DNA of 64,000 bases from contig JAIQFZ010000009.1 in NCBI GenBank assembly GCA_020073015.1, positions 73 to 64,072 of the forward strand. The letters are read 5' to 3'. The translations under genes and the position numbers were made by a program. The notes under the pieces are model-generated. The model worked only from the letters and a program-made list of their open reading frames with translations, ran no database searches and was not told the origin of the DNA. This DNA is from Terriglobia bacterium. GTDB lineage: Bacteria > Acidobacteriota > Terriglobia > Terriglobales > Acidobacteriaceae. Positions within the stretch are counted from its first letter, which is position 1. The number at the start of each line of letters is the position of its first letter. Positions 33,863 through 42,695 of this stretch are shown in pieces.

Positions 33863-34483
33863 TTACGCCGTTAGGAACTTACGACGGAACACGCCTGCGA
33901 TTCCGACTAGGCCTGTCCCAAGTAATCCGAGTGTTCCCGGTTCAGGCACCACCAGGTTCGTGTTGCCCACACGAATGTGGCCCACGCCCATCGCAAGCTG
34001 CCCAGCCACTGTGAAGATGTTCTGGGTGGTGGTTCCGCTTGTCCACCGACCGTTGTACAGCATACCTTCGATCGTGCCGCTGATCGTGTAGGTAAGATTC
34101 TTGGCCCCCGGAGGGCTCGTCAGCGTCCAGGTGATCGGGCCTACGAAACTGCCCGAGAAGATTACCCCATGGTGGATAGCGGGATTGCAGCAGCCGGTTA
34201 CGACGAAGCTGGAACCGACGCTGGAGAAGGTGGCGCTATCGCCAGGAATACCACTCCCGTTACAACCCGAAAGGCAAACGCCGGTCGAGAAACTGACCGA
34301 ACCGAGCGAATGTCCCGGAGCTGCTGTAATACCGTTAAAGGACCTCAGCTGGGATCCATGGGAACTGATCCCTGCCGCAGAAATCGTAATGGAGCCAAAT
34401 TTGTTGGTAAGATCAATCCCGTTTCCCCAAGCGGCAATCGGCAGAGCCAACGCCAACAGTGCTAGAACGAACACTCGCTTCAT
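33863..34483 (-). CDS. PEP-CTERM sorting-signal secreted protein
   Basis: ATG 34483 follows GGGAGG. The signal peptide is MKRVFVLALLALALPIAAWG. The C-terminal VPEPGTLGLLGTGLVGIAGVFRRK is a canonical PEP-CTERM anchor. Confidence 0.8.
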   Translation of the reverse strand: MKRVFVLALLALALPIAAWGNGIDLTNKFGSITISAAGISSHGSQLRSFNGITAAPGHSLGSVSFSTGVCLSGCNGSGIPGDSATFSSVGSSFVVTGCCNPAIHHGVIFSGSFVGPITWTLTSPPGAKNLTYTISGTIEGMLYNGRWTSGTTTQNIFTVAGQLAMGVGHIRVGNTNLVVPEPGTLGLLGTGLVGIAGVFRRKFLTA

Positions 34484-35061
34484 TGTTTTATTCCCTCCCA
34501 GAACTCTGTTCTTAAACGTTTGCTGTCTTTTCCCCACAACCAAGGGCCGTCCAAGGTATAGGTTGCCTTTGTCGTTTAGTGCACTTCCCATTCCAGAGCT
34601 ACTGATTCCAGAATACCCATCATTATCAATCACTTACTGTCCTGCTCAGAATTGGGCTGGGCTGCCGCAGCTGCAATCTTATGCACACTAGCAACAAATC
34701 CGCATTCCGCTAGCCCAACTCAGCTGAACCCCGTAAACGGAGTCTTTCCCAGAACGAATAAGTCAGCTGAAATGGCTCGGAAAGGTAGGGGGGAACGCAC
34801 CCTGCATCCTCAAGGTGCCCGCTTCCAGAACCTGGGACGAATGGGTTAGTACCCAATCGTTGGTGACTGATGTTACCAAAACTTCCCGTTTTGGCAAGTG
34901 GCTCTTTCGTGCCATGCCTGACCCTCGAAAGTGGGATTCCCCAACCCGCCTCGTTTTCGTATCTTGGCATTGAGCAGTTCTGGGGGAGGGCTGTTCGGGC
35001 GTCCCGTGATTCTAACGAATCCGGGGCGCTTCTTATTTGGAGCCCACCTTAGGGGGCACTC

Positions 35062-36066
35062 CTACTTCGCCAGGATCGTGACATCCTCAGCTTTTCCGGA
35101 AGACAGGCTACGGTAGGCACTGTCGAGGATCAACTGATTCTGCCAGCCCTCTTCTCCCGGGACCGGAAACGGAGGCGATCCTTCGATCGCGCTGGCGAAG
35201 GCATCTACCTGGCGCGCGTAGGCCAAGTGATTCGAAGCGGCTTCGGTGGCCACCAACTTCCCCTCGCGCCACAATTCCAGGGAAACGGGCCGGTCCACCG
35301 TAAGGCCATCCTCGGCGCGCAATGTTCCTCCATCTCCAACAAACTCCAGCGGAGTCCGGTATTGCGCACGGGTTGAGACCAGCACGGTGGCGAGTGTCCC
35401 GCGCTGGAACTCCAAGGTAAGGATTGCCGCCGCTTCAACTCGGCCGGAGCCTTGGTCCCGGTGCCCTTGAGCGGAGACGCGCCGGGGTTCGTCCTGCAAG
35501 ATGTAGCGTAAGGCGTCGATGCAATGTACACCCACATCGGCGATCGGGCCGCCCGCAGCAATGGAGGGGTCGTAAAGCCACGTCCGCGCGTGGCCAGTTC
35601 CAGGATAAGAGAACTCCGCCCGCGCGAAAACAGGATGTCCAATGTCTCCGGCGGCGATCCGTTCTCTGAGTCGTGCGGTGCTCTCCTCAAAGCGAAAAAT
35701 CTGGGCCACTCCCAGCAGAACCCCGGCCTCGCGCGCTGCCTCCACCATCTGGCGACATTCCCCAGCATTCATAGCCATGGGCTTTTCGCATAGCACCGGC
35801 TTGCCCGCACGAACGGCGGCCAGGACGTCGGAGCAGTGGCACGCATCCGGGGTAGTCACCAGCACCGCGTCCACTTCAGGACAGCGGCAGAGTTCCTCCG
35901 TGGAACCGAAGGTGTTGGGAATGGAGTACTGCTGGGCAGCCTCGCGGGCCTTTTTCGGATCGCGCCGCGAGAGCGCCACCACCTGACACTTCTGGGCGAG
36001 TTTGAACCCCGGCATCAGGCGCCGAACCGCGTGCAATCCAAAACCTGCAATACCAAAACGAATCAT
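35062..36066 (-). CDS. Gfo/Idh/MocA family NAD(P)-dependent oxidoreductase
   Basis: MIRFGIAGFGLHAVRRLMPGF and EKPMAMN motifs. 334 aa long. Confidence 0.85.
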   Translation of the reverse strand: MIRFGIAGFGLHAVRRLMPGFKLAQKCQVVALSRRDPKKAREAAQQYSIPNTFGSTEELCRCPEVDAVLVTTPDACHCSDVLAAVRAGKPVLCEKPMAMNAGECRQMVEAAREAGVLLGVAQIFRFEESTARLRERIAAGDIGHPVFARAEFSYPGTGHARTWLYDPSIAAGGPIADVGVHCIDALRYILQDEPRRVSAQGHRDQGSGRVEAAAILTLEFQRGTLATVLVSTRAQYRTPLEFVGDGGTLRAEDGLTVDRPVSLELWREGKLVATEAASNHLAYARQVDAFASAIEGSPPFPVPGEEGWQNQLILDSAYRSLSSGKAEDVTILAK

Positions 36067-36091
36067 GGTGTTAGCTCTGTGCTTTCAACTA

Positions 36092-37438
36092 TTACGTGTA
36101 GGGGTAGAAAATGAAGAACAACAGCGACAACACGGTCAAGGCCCAAAGCGCGGGCCGGATTTCGCGGGCCCGCCCCGCGACAATCTTGCAGAAAGGATAA
36201 AGGACAAAACCCGCCGTCATCCCGATGCCGACGTTATAGGTAAAGGTCATCAGGACAATCACCCCGAACGCCGGCACCAACTCCGTGAGGTCGTCGAAGT
36301 GAATGCGAGTAATGGGCGCGAGCATCAGCAACCCAACGAAGATCAGCGCCGGTCCATAGGCCTGCGGCGGAATCGCGGAGATGAACGGCGCAAAAAATAG
36401 GGCTCCGACAAAGCACAAAGCGGTGGTCACCGCGGTCAGCCCGGTTCTGCCGCCTGCTTCGACGCCGGTTGCCGATTCAATGTAGGCTCCCGAGGTGGTG
36501 GTGCCAACCAGGGCGGCGAAGGTAGTGGCGAGGGCGTCGGCCATCATCGGGCGTTCGATCTGGGGCAGATTGCCGTCCTTATCGAGAAACCCGGCGCGCG
36601 CGGAAACGCCGATCAGCGTGCCCATGGTGTCGACAAAAGCGATCACGAAGATGGTCAGGACTACTGGAAAAAATCCCCACGTGAACAGGCTATGCAAATC
36701 GAACTTGAGAAACACGGGTTGCAGACTGGGAGGGCGGCCGACCCATGCGGAGGGCGCCGGAGCCACGCGCGTTAGAAAGGCCAGAATGGCAGTGCCCAGC
36801 ACGCCCGTGAGAATCGCGGCCGGGAACCGGCGAATGGTGAGCACGGTCATCAGCAAAAATCCGAAGATCGAAAGCAGCACAGAAGCCGACGTGAGGTGAC
36901 CGGGCCGGACGGGCGCTCCCGGGACACCCAAGGCAACAATGCCGGTCTGGTTGAGGCCAACAAACGCCAGAAAAAGGCCGATGCCGGCGGCATAGCTGTA
37001 GCGCAGCGTGGGAGGAATGGCGTCGACCATCCACTGCCGCAGTCGAAAAATAGTGAGCAGGATGAATAGGATTCCAGCCAGTAGAACCGCTCCGAGCGCA
37101 CTCTGCCACGAGTAGCCGAGCACCCGCACCACCGTGAAGGCGATGAACGCGTTCTCGCCCATGTATGGGCCAATCGCGAACGGACGCTTGGCATATAGGC
37201 CCATCAGAAGCGTGCCGAAGATGGCAGTCAGAATCGTGGCTGTGACAGACGCGTCGGTTGGCATCCCCGCGGTTGCCAGGATGGCCGGGTTGACCGCCAC
37301 AATGTAGGCCATCGTGAAGAATGTCGTCAGTCCGGCCAGCACTTCCTGACGGACCGTGGTCTGGTGCTGGGAGAGTCCAAAGAACCGATCGAGCCAGTGG
37401 GTCAAGTTGTCCTCGGGTGGGAACTCAGGATTGTACAT
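36092..37438 (-). CDS. NCS2-family purine permease (AzgA-like adenine/guanine/hypoxanthine transporter)
   Basis: ATG 37438 gives MYNPEF...TTVRQEVLAGLTTFFTMAYIVAVNPAIL, typical of the AzgA/PbuG class. About 12 transmembrane segments. The ORF-track start at 37630 reads through a REP element. Confidence 0.8.
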   Translation of the reverse strand: MYNPEFPPEDNLTHWLDRFFGLSQHQTTVRQEVLAGLTTFFTMAYIVAVNPAILATAGMPTDASVTATILTAIFGTLLMGLYAKRPFAIGPYMGENAFIAFTVVRVLGYSWQSALGAVLLAGILFILLTIFRLRQWMVDAIPPTLRYSYAAGIGLFLAFVGLNQTGIVALGVPGAPVRPGHLTSASVLLSIFGFLLMTVLTIRRFPAAILTGVLGTAILAFLTRVAPAPSAWVGRPPSLQPVFLKFDLHSLFTWGFFPVVLTIFVIAFVDTMGTLIGVSARAGFLDKDGNLPQIERPMMADALATTFAALVGTTTSGAYIESATGVEAGGRTGLTAVTTALCFVGALFFAPFISAIPPQAYGPALIFVGLLMLAPITRIHFDDLTELVPAFGVIVLMTFTYNVGIGMTAGFVLYPFCKIVAGRAREIRPALWALTVLSLLFFIFYPYT

Positions 37439-37476
37439 TCGCTGCCCGCGAAGCACGAACCGAGCCGAAGGCTTTC

Positions 37477-37525
37477 GTAGCGCCGGCAACTTGCCGGCTG
37501 TCGCGAGGGCAACCTGCCCTCGCAG
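37477..37525 (-). repeat. Family D double hairpin (inverted copy) in the 5' leader of the purine permease gene
   Basis: The reverse complement reads GCGAGGGCAGGTTGCCCTCGC GACA GCCGGCAAGTTGCCGGCGCTAC. Confidence 0.75.
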
Positions 37526-37565
37526 ATCGGCGCAAGGATGTCTCGCGGCACCTAGCAATCGAAAG

Positions 37566-38534
37566 CTAGCTCTTGCGGAGCTCCGCAAGCATCCGGGGAT
37601 CGATATTCCCGCCACTGATGACCGCGACATGGATCTTCGCGGGTGGCAGTTCGCTGGCGTGAAACAGAAACGCAGCTGTAGCGACGGCGCCGCTCGGCTC
37701 CGCGACCGTCTTGGAGTTCCCGCTGAGGGCGTGCATCGCCTGCCGAATTTCGTCTTCCCTGACGGTCACGATGTCATCCACGTAGGCGCGGATGTGCTCG
37801 AAGTTGATCTCCCCGATGCTCTGCGTACGCAAGCCATCGGCGAGCGTTTGCGTGACCTGCTCGGCGGGGGCTGAAACGATGTGTCCGGCGCGCAAGCTGG
37901 CTTGGGCATCGGCGGCCAGCTCGGGTTCCACACCAATCACTTTCACTTTGGGATTGGTGAGCTTGATGGCCGCCGAAATCCCGCTGATCAGTCCGCCGCC
38001 GCCGACTGGGGCAAGCACAGTCTCTACTGCAGGCAGGTCCTCAAGGATTTCCAATCCCACCGTCCCTTGCCCGGCGACGATCTTCTCGTCGTTGTAGGGA
38101 GGCACGATCACATAGCCATGTTCAGCCGCAAGTTCCTCGGCGCGCAGACGACGTTCTTCGCTGCTGGGACCGACGATGATGACCTCAGCACCAAGTGCCG
38201 CTGTGGCCTCCAGTTTGTTCCTGGGAGCATTGCCCGGCATGACGATGATCGCCTTCATCCCCAGCGTACGCGCCGCGTAGGCCACGCCTTGCCCGTGATT
38301 CCCGCTGGAGTAGGAGATAACGCCGCGCCGTCGCTCCTGGTCAGTCAGTGAAGCAACCTTGTTGTAAGCCCCGCGCAGCTTGAACGCCCCGATAGGCTGC
38401 AGGTTCTCGAGCTTCAGGTAGAGCTTGCGGGTATCGGCGGAGCCAGTCCATTCGAGCAAAGGCGTGCGGACGGCGATGCCGCGGAGGAGGGCTTGGGCCG
38501 CGCGAATGTCATCGAGAGAGACCATCATTTCCAT
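37566..38534 (-). CDS. PLP-dependent threonine/serine dehydratase family enzyme (short form)
   Basis: LENLQPIGAFKLRGA (PLP lysine), SSGNHGQGVA and PVGGGGLISG motifs. No ACT-like regulatory domain is present. Confidence 0.8.
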   Translation of the reverse strand: MEMMVSLDDIRAAQALLRGIAVRTPLLEWTGSADTRKLYLKLENLQPIGAFKLRGAYNKVASLTDQERRRGVISYSSGNHGQGVAYAARTLGMKAIIVMPGNAPRNKLEATAALGAEVIIVGPSSEERRLRAEELAAEHGYVIVPPYNDEKIVAGQGTVGLEILEDLPAVETVLAPVGGGGLISGISAAIKLTNPKVKVIGVEPELAADAQASLRAGHIVSAPAEQVTQTLADGLRTQSIGEINFEHIRAYVDDIVTVREDEIRQAMHALSGNSKTVAEPSGAVATAAFLFHASELPPAKIHVAVISGGNIDPRMLAELRKS

Positions 38535-38562
38535 TTCTCTGGTTCAGCTTCAGGATAAAACA

Positions 38563-38662
38563 GAAAAGACAAAGAGAACCACGAAGGACACCAAGTATCA
38601 CGAAGGCTTGGAGTCTTCCAGGTATCCTTCGTGTGACTTCGTGTCCTTTGTGCTTGAGGTTT
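38563..38662. repeat. Family B-like long hairpin
   Basis: CACGAAGGACACCAAGTATCACGAAGG pairs with CCTTCGTGTGACTTCGTGTCCTTTGTG across a ~19-nt loop. It lies between rnj and the dehydratase gene. Confidence 0.7.
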
Positions 38663-38737
38663 AGTCGGCGTAGACGAGGCGGTTCATCTGGTGCAGCATC
38701 TGGATGTCCCTCGGCGCCTCGGCGGTACAAGCGTCTC

Positions 38738-40423
38738 TCAGATCTCCAATATCACCGGCATAATCAGCGGACGCCGCTGCGTCTGCTTGGAGATGTAGCG
38801 CTTCAAATCGGCGCGAATCTTCTCTTTGATCACGCCGTAGTCCGCCTTCTCTTCGTCGCTCGAAAGCTCCAGCGTCTCCATGACAATCTCCCGCGCCCGC
38901 TCGATCACACCGTTTTCCCCCGGCGCGAAGCCGCGCGTCACAATCTCGGGCGAGGTCTCCACGCGCCCGGTAATCTTGTTGATCGCAATGATCGGAAGGA
39001 CGAAACCGTCTTCGCTTAGGTGACGTCGGTCTTTGATCACTAGATCTTCGACCACGTCGGTGCGCGAGCCCGAGTCAATACACACGCGTCCTACGTTGAT
39101 CCGGCCCGCCTTGCGCGCCCCCAGTTCGTCAATCTCCAGCACGTCTCCGCTTTCAATCAGCATGACGTTGCCGACCGAACTGCGCATGGTTCCAGCGAGT
39201 TCAGCATGCAGCTTCAGTTGCCGGTACTCGCCGTGGATCGGAATGAAATACTTTGGCCGCACCAGGTTGATGATCAGCTTGAGTTCTTCCTGGCTGGCGT
39301 GTCCCGAGACGTGCACCGGAGGATACGAGCCGTCGTCGTAGATGACGTGCGCCTCGCGCCGGAACAGGTGGTCCACCATCCGGAAGATGGCTTTTTCGTT
39401 GCCGGGAATGATGCGCGACGACAGCACCACCGTGTCGCCCTTTTCGATCTTGGCGTGTTTGTGGTTGTCGACGGCAGCGCGCGACAGGGCCGACATCGGC
39501 TCACCCTGTGTGCCGCTGATCAGCACGCAGACTTTCTCGGGCGCGAAGTTCTTCATCTCGCCGGGATTGATCAGCAGACCTTCCGGAAGCTGGATGTACC
39601 CGAGGTCTTCCGCGATCTCGGCAGAACTGTTCATCGAGCGCCCGATGAAGCAGATCTTGCGCCCATGTTCCCAGGCCAGATCAACCGTCAACTTGATGCG
39701 GTGAATCGACGACGAAAAGCATGAAATGAACAAACGGCGCTGCGTGCGCGCAAACACTTCATCAAACTTCCGGCGCACGGCGCGCTCGCTCGGCGTGTAG
39801 CCCTTGCGCTCGACGTTGGTCGAATCCTGCAGCAGCGCCAGCACCCCTTCCTTGCCATACTCGGCGAACGAATGCAGATCGAAGAGCCGGTTGTCGGTCG
39901 GCGTCGGATCGACTTTAAAGTCGCCCGTGTGCAGCACGACGCCGAGCGGCGTGTGAATCGCCAGCGCCACGCAATCCACCAGGCTATGCGTGACCTGAAT
40001 CGGATGCACCGTGAAGGGCCCGATCTTGAAACGCTCGCCCGGTCGAATCTCGCGCAGGTCGGCGTCGTCCAGCAGTTGGTGTTCGTCGAGCTTGTCTTCG
40101 ACGTAGGCCAGCGTGAACTCCGTGCCCCAGATCGGCACGTTCAGTTCGCTCAGAATCCATGGCAGAGCGCCAATGTGGTCCTCGTGTCCATGCGTGAGGA
40201 CGATGGCGCGCACATGCTTGCGGTTCTCGAGAAGGTAAGAAATGTCGGGGACAACAATGTCCACGCCCAGCAGTTCGGCTTCCGGGAACATGAGGCCGGC
40301 ATCGACGACGATGATGTCGTCGCCCCAGCGGAGGGCCATACAGTTCATGCCAAACTCGCCCAACCCGCCCAGCGGTACGATATGCAGTTTGCCTGATGGC
40401 ATTCGAAACCTTGATGCTAGCAC
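38738..40423 (-). CDS. rnj: Ribonuclease J
   Basis: Metallo-beta-lactamase/beta-CASP motifs: LTHGHEDHIG, IHTGDFK, ISGHAS. About 555 aa. An alternative start exists at 40402. Confidence 0.9.
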   Translation of the reverse strand: MLASRFRMPSGKLHIVPLGGLGEFGMNCMALRWGDDIIVVDAGLMFPEAELLGVDIVVPDISYLLENRKHVRAIVLTHGHEDHIGALPWILSELNVPIWGTEFTLAYVEDKLDEHQLLDDADLREIRPGERFKIGPFTVHPIQVTHSLVDCVALAIHTPLGVVLHTGDFKVDPTPTDNRLFDLHSFAEYGKEGVLALLQDSTNVERKGYTPSERAVRRKFDEVFARTQRRLFISCFSSSIHRIKLTVDLAWEHGRKICFIGRSMNSSAEIAEDLGYIQLPEGLLINPGEMKNFAPEKVCVLISGTQGEPMSALSRAAVDNHKHAKIEKGDTVVLSSRIIPGNEKAIFRMVDHLFRREAHVIYDDGSYPPVHVSGHASQEELKLIINLVRPKYFIPIHGEYRQLKLHAELAGTMRSSVGNVMLIESGDVLEIDELGARKAGRINVGRVCIDSGSRTDVVEDLVIKDRRHLSEDGFVLPIIAINKITGRVETSPEIVTRGFAPGENGVIERAREIVMETLELSSDEEKADYGVIKEKIRADLKRYISKQTQRRPLIMPVILEI

Positions 40424-40476
40424 AGTGAGTCGCGAGTCGTGAGTGGCGGCGCCTCTCCTGATAGACTGCGATCAGA

Positions 40477-41175
40477 ATGCCGGACGGCGAAAACAAATCG
40501 TGGCTGCGGCGGCGCGTCGAAGGCGCGGTCCGCGGCGGCCTGACCCGCGCCTACCAGACCGTGCGGGTCGATCCCGGACGCTTCCTGATCCAGTTGCGCA
40601 TCGCCCACCGGCTGCCGATCGCCAGCTTTCGCGGTGTGTACACCGTCCCGGTCGAGCAACTGGACGGCGTGGCGACATCGGTGATTCGTGCGGGCATGAA
40701 ACTGGCTGCGGCCGAAGGGGCGGGCTTCGGGCTGGGTGGCGTTCTCACTATCGTGCCCGACCTCGGCATTCTCTCGGCCATCACCATGCGCACGATCCAG
40801 AAGCTCAGCCTGATTTACGGGTTCGAGATGAACACCGACGAAGAGATCGCCGAACTCTGGATCGCTGCCGCCAGCGCTGCGGGCGTGGACATCAGCCGCG
40901 AGCTGCTCGAAAAAGAAGTGGTCAACCGCTTCGTGCCCAAGGTGATTCAGCGCATCGCCGCCCGCGCCAGCGCCGAGGTCGTAGAGAAGTGGGCCGGACG
41001 CCTGATCCCACTGACCAGCTCCGTCATCGGATGCGCGCTGAATTACTACTTCGTGCGGGCCTGGGGACAGCGGGCGCTGGAACACTTCCGCAGGAAGCAC
41101 CTGGAAGCACGGCAGAGGTTTGCCGAGGAACAAGCCAAGCTGCCGGGCGCGTCCGAGACGCGGATGCTCTCCTGA
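40477..41175 (+). CDS. EcsC family protein
   Basis: The 232-aa ORF contains VPDLGILSAITMRTIQKLSLIYGFEM..., typical of the EcsC family. Confidence 0.6.
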   Translation: MPDGENKSWLRRRVEGAVRGGLTRAYQTVRVDPGRFLIQLRIAHRLPIASFRGVYTVPVEQLDGVATSVIRAGMKLAAAEGAGFGLGGVLTIVPDLGILSAITMRTIQKLSLIYGFEMNTDEEIAELWIAAASAAGVDISRELLEKEVVNRFVPKVIQRIAARASAEVVEKWAGRLIPLTSSVIGCALNYYFVRAWGQRALEHFRRKHLEARQRFAEEQAKLPGASETRMLS

Positions 41176-41293
41176 CTAGCGACTTTAGACATGAGCTTCT
41201 CCGTCGTGCGTCGCAACAATTTACACGGAGACTGGTGTTAAGCAAGGAAAATCGTATTCCGGGAGCGCTCCCCGCTCGAGATCCGGTGTTTGT

Positions 41294-41806
41294 TCAGATC
41301 CGGTAGGACGGTGGCCGAATGCCTTTGTCCCGCAGATAGATTTCAGCCTGGCCGCGATGATGCGCCACGTGAATGTACATGGCGAGCAGGATCTCGCGCC
41401 CGAGAAGCCGTCCGTCGGGAGAGTTGTGCGGCTGGTTGAGCTGCTCGTCCGTAAGGTTTGGAATCACGGCCGAGCAATAGGCGAAGGAATCACTCAGGAA
41501 CTTGACGACCGCGTCCTTGTCGGTGGGTGCAGGCAAGGCAGGCGGGTCGGAATCCTTCAGACCAGCGCAGAATTGGTAGTTGGTGGTCGCGATGTGCGAG
41601 ATCAATTGGCCAAAGTTCATGGATTCGGGGTGAGGACGGAAAGCATACTGCTCAGCAGGCATGGTCTGCGCGACCGCGATCGACAGTTCACTGAGAGCGC
41701 CAAAGTGCTTGGCACATTCCGCGCTCGCGGGGGCCGCGGCGGGATTCGCAGTCAAGAGCGACAGCGGAAGCAGAGTAGCGAGAGCAACAACCGCACGACG
41801 TAGCAT
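41294..41806 (-). CDS. DinB-family protein with an N-terminal signal peptide
   Basis: Four-helix-bundle His triad context (FGQLISHIATTNYQF ... YIHVAHHRGQAEIYLR). Confidence 0.75.
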   Translation of the reverse strand: MLRRAVVALATLLPLSLLTANPAAAPASAECAKHFGALSELSIAVAQTMPAEQYAFRPHPESMNFGQLISHIATTNYQFCAGLKDSDPPALPAPTDKDAVVKFLSDSFAYCSAVIPNLTDEQLNQPHNSPDGRLLGREILLAMYIHVAHHRGQAEIYLRDKGIRPPSYRI

Positions 41807-41920
41807 AAAGAGCTCCTTGGAGGATGGTTTTCACGGCGGCGCCTACGACCAGAGACTTTCTTGCTGGACGTTGGACGATTCCGAGGCCAGCTCGTTAGCG
41901 GTCGTGTTGGGTGCGGCTGC

Positions 41921-41955
41921 CCCATCCTTTTCGCGTACTTTGCGAAAAGGGTGGG
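41921..41955. repeat. Family E hairpin
   Basis: CCCATCCTTTTCGCG-TACTT-TGCGAAAAGGGTGGG, preceded by GGCTGCC. Confidence 0.75.
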
Positions 41956-41976
41956 TGACGGCGCGTTGGACAATTC

Positions 41977-42489
41977 CTAGGTCCGCTTGTTAGCGGTCGT
42001 CTTGGGTGCCTTTGCCCGCTTCGAGGATTTAGCCGCCTTCCTGGCCCCCGGTCCCGAGGCCCGCCGCGCCCCCGGCACCTTTCCGATGCGAGGATCCCCA
42101 GCCAGAACGAGTTCGCAGGCGTGCAGCGCTGCTTGCTCGAACTCCTCGGCATCGGCCGGAAGCACCTGCCAGCCCGTCACCTTCTTCCCCAACGCCTGGA
42201 TGGATCGCATGTGGGGGAATTCCCGCCGCAGACTCTGGTGGTGCTCCGCGGTGGTGGCGAGCCACACCCCGTTGTCGGCCGCCTGACTTCGATCGCGTTT
42301 GTCGCGGAGGATAAGGACAATCTTGTCCCCGACATAGATCGCGAGACAGCCAAACATGGGGCGCGTCACGGGCGACAGCGAAGCAAGCGCCTCAAGCACA
42401 AATTCATGCGGGACAGGCTTGCGCTGCTTGACAGGGAAGAGAGAGCCGTCCAGCGAAAGCAAGGTCGTATTGCGACGGGTCTTCGACAT
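41977..42489 (-). CDS. TfoX/Sxy N-terminal-domain-like protein with a basic tail
   Basis: VLEALASLSPVTRPMFGCLAIYVGDKIVLILRDK resembles the TfoX_N core. The C-terminus is Lys/Ala-rich. Confidence 0.5.
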   Translation of the reverse strand: MSKTRRNTTLLSLDGSLFPVKQRKPVPHEFVLEALASLSPVTRPMFGCLAIYVGDKIVLILRDKRDRSQAADNGVWLATTAEHHQSLRREFPHMRSIQALGKKVTGWQVLPADAEEFEQAALHACELVLAGDPRIGKVPGARRASGPGARKAAKSSKRAKAPKTTANKRT

Positions 42490-42578
42490 GGGATCTAGGT
42501 TACAACGTCGTGGATTTCGTCGAGGCTACGGGTCGTTCTAGAATTTCTGTGCTGCGTCCAGCGTGGCTGCGTGGCTGC

Positions 42579-42611
42579 CCCATCCTTGCGCGTTCTGCGC
42601 GCAAGGATGGG
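42579..42611. repeat. Family E hairpin
   Basis: CCCATCCTTGCGCG-TTC-TGCGCGCAAGGATGGG, preceded by GGCTGCC. Confidence 0.75.
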
Positions 42612-42660
42612 ATTCCACGGCAGCTGATCCCTCAGGAGCTTGTTGAAAAATACAAGGAAT

Positions 42661-42692
42661 TGTCATCCCGAGCGCAGCGAGGGATCTGCAGT
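42661..42692 (+). repeat. Family C single arm
   Basis: TGTCATCCCGAGCGCAGCGAGGGATCTGCAGT lies just downstream of the stop at 42696. Confidence 0.75.
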
Positions 42693-42695
42693 TTG

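Noticed and set aside
37439-37565. Possible purine riboswitch in the leader of the NCS2 purine permease
   Set aside because: The leader folds into two simple GC-rich REP (family D) hairpins. I see no three-way junction or the conserved loop and junction sequences of the purine riboswitch.
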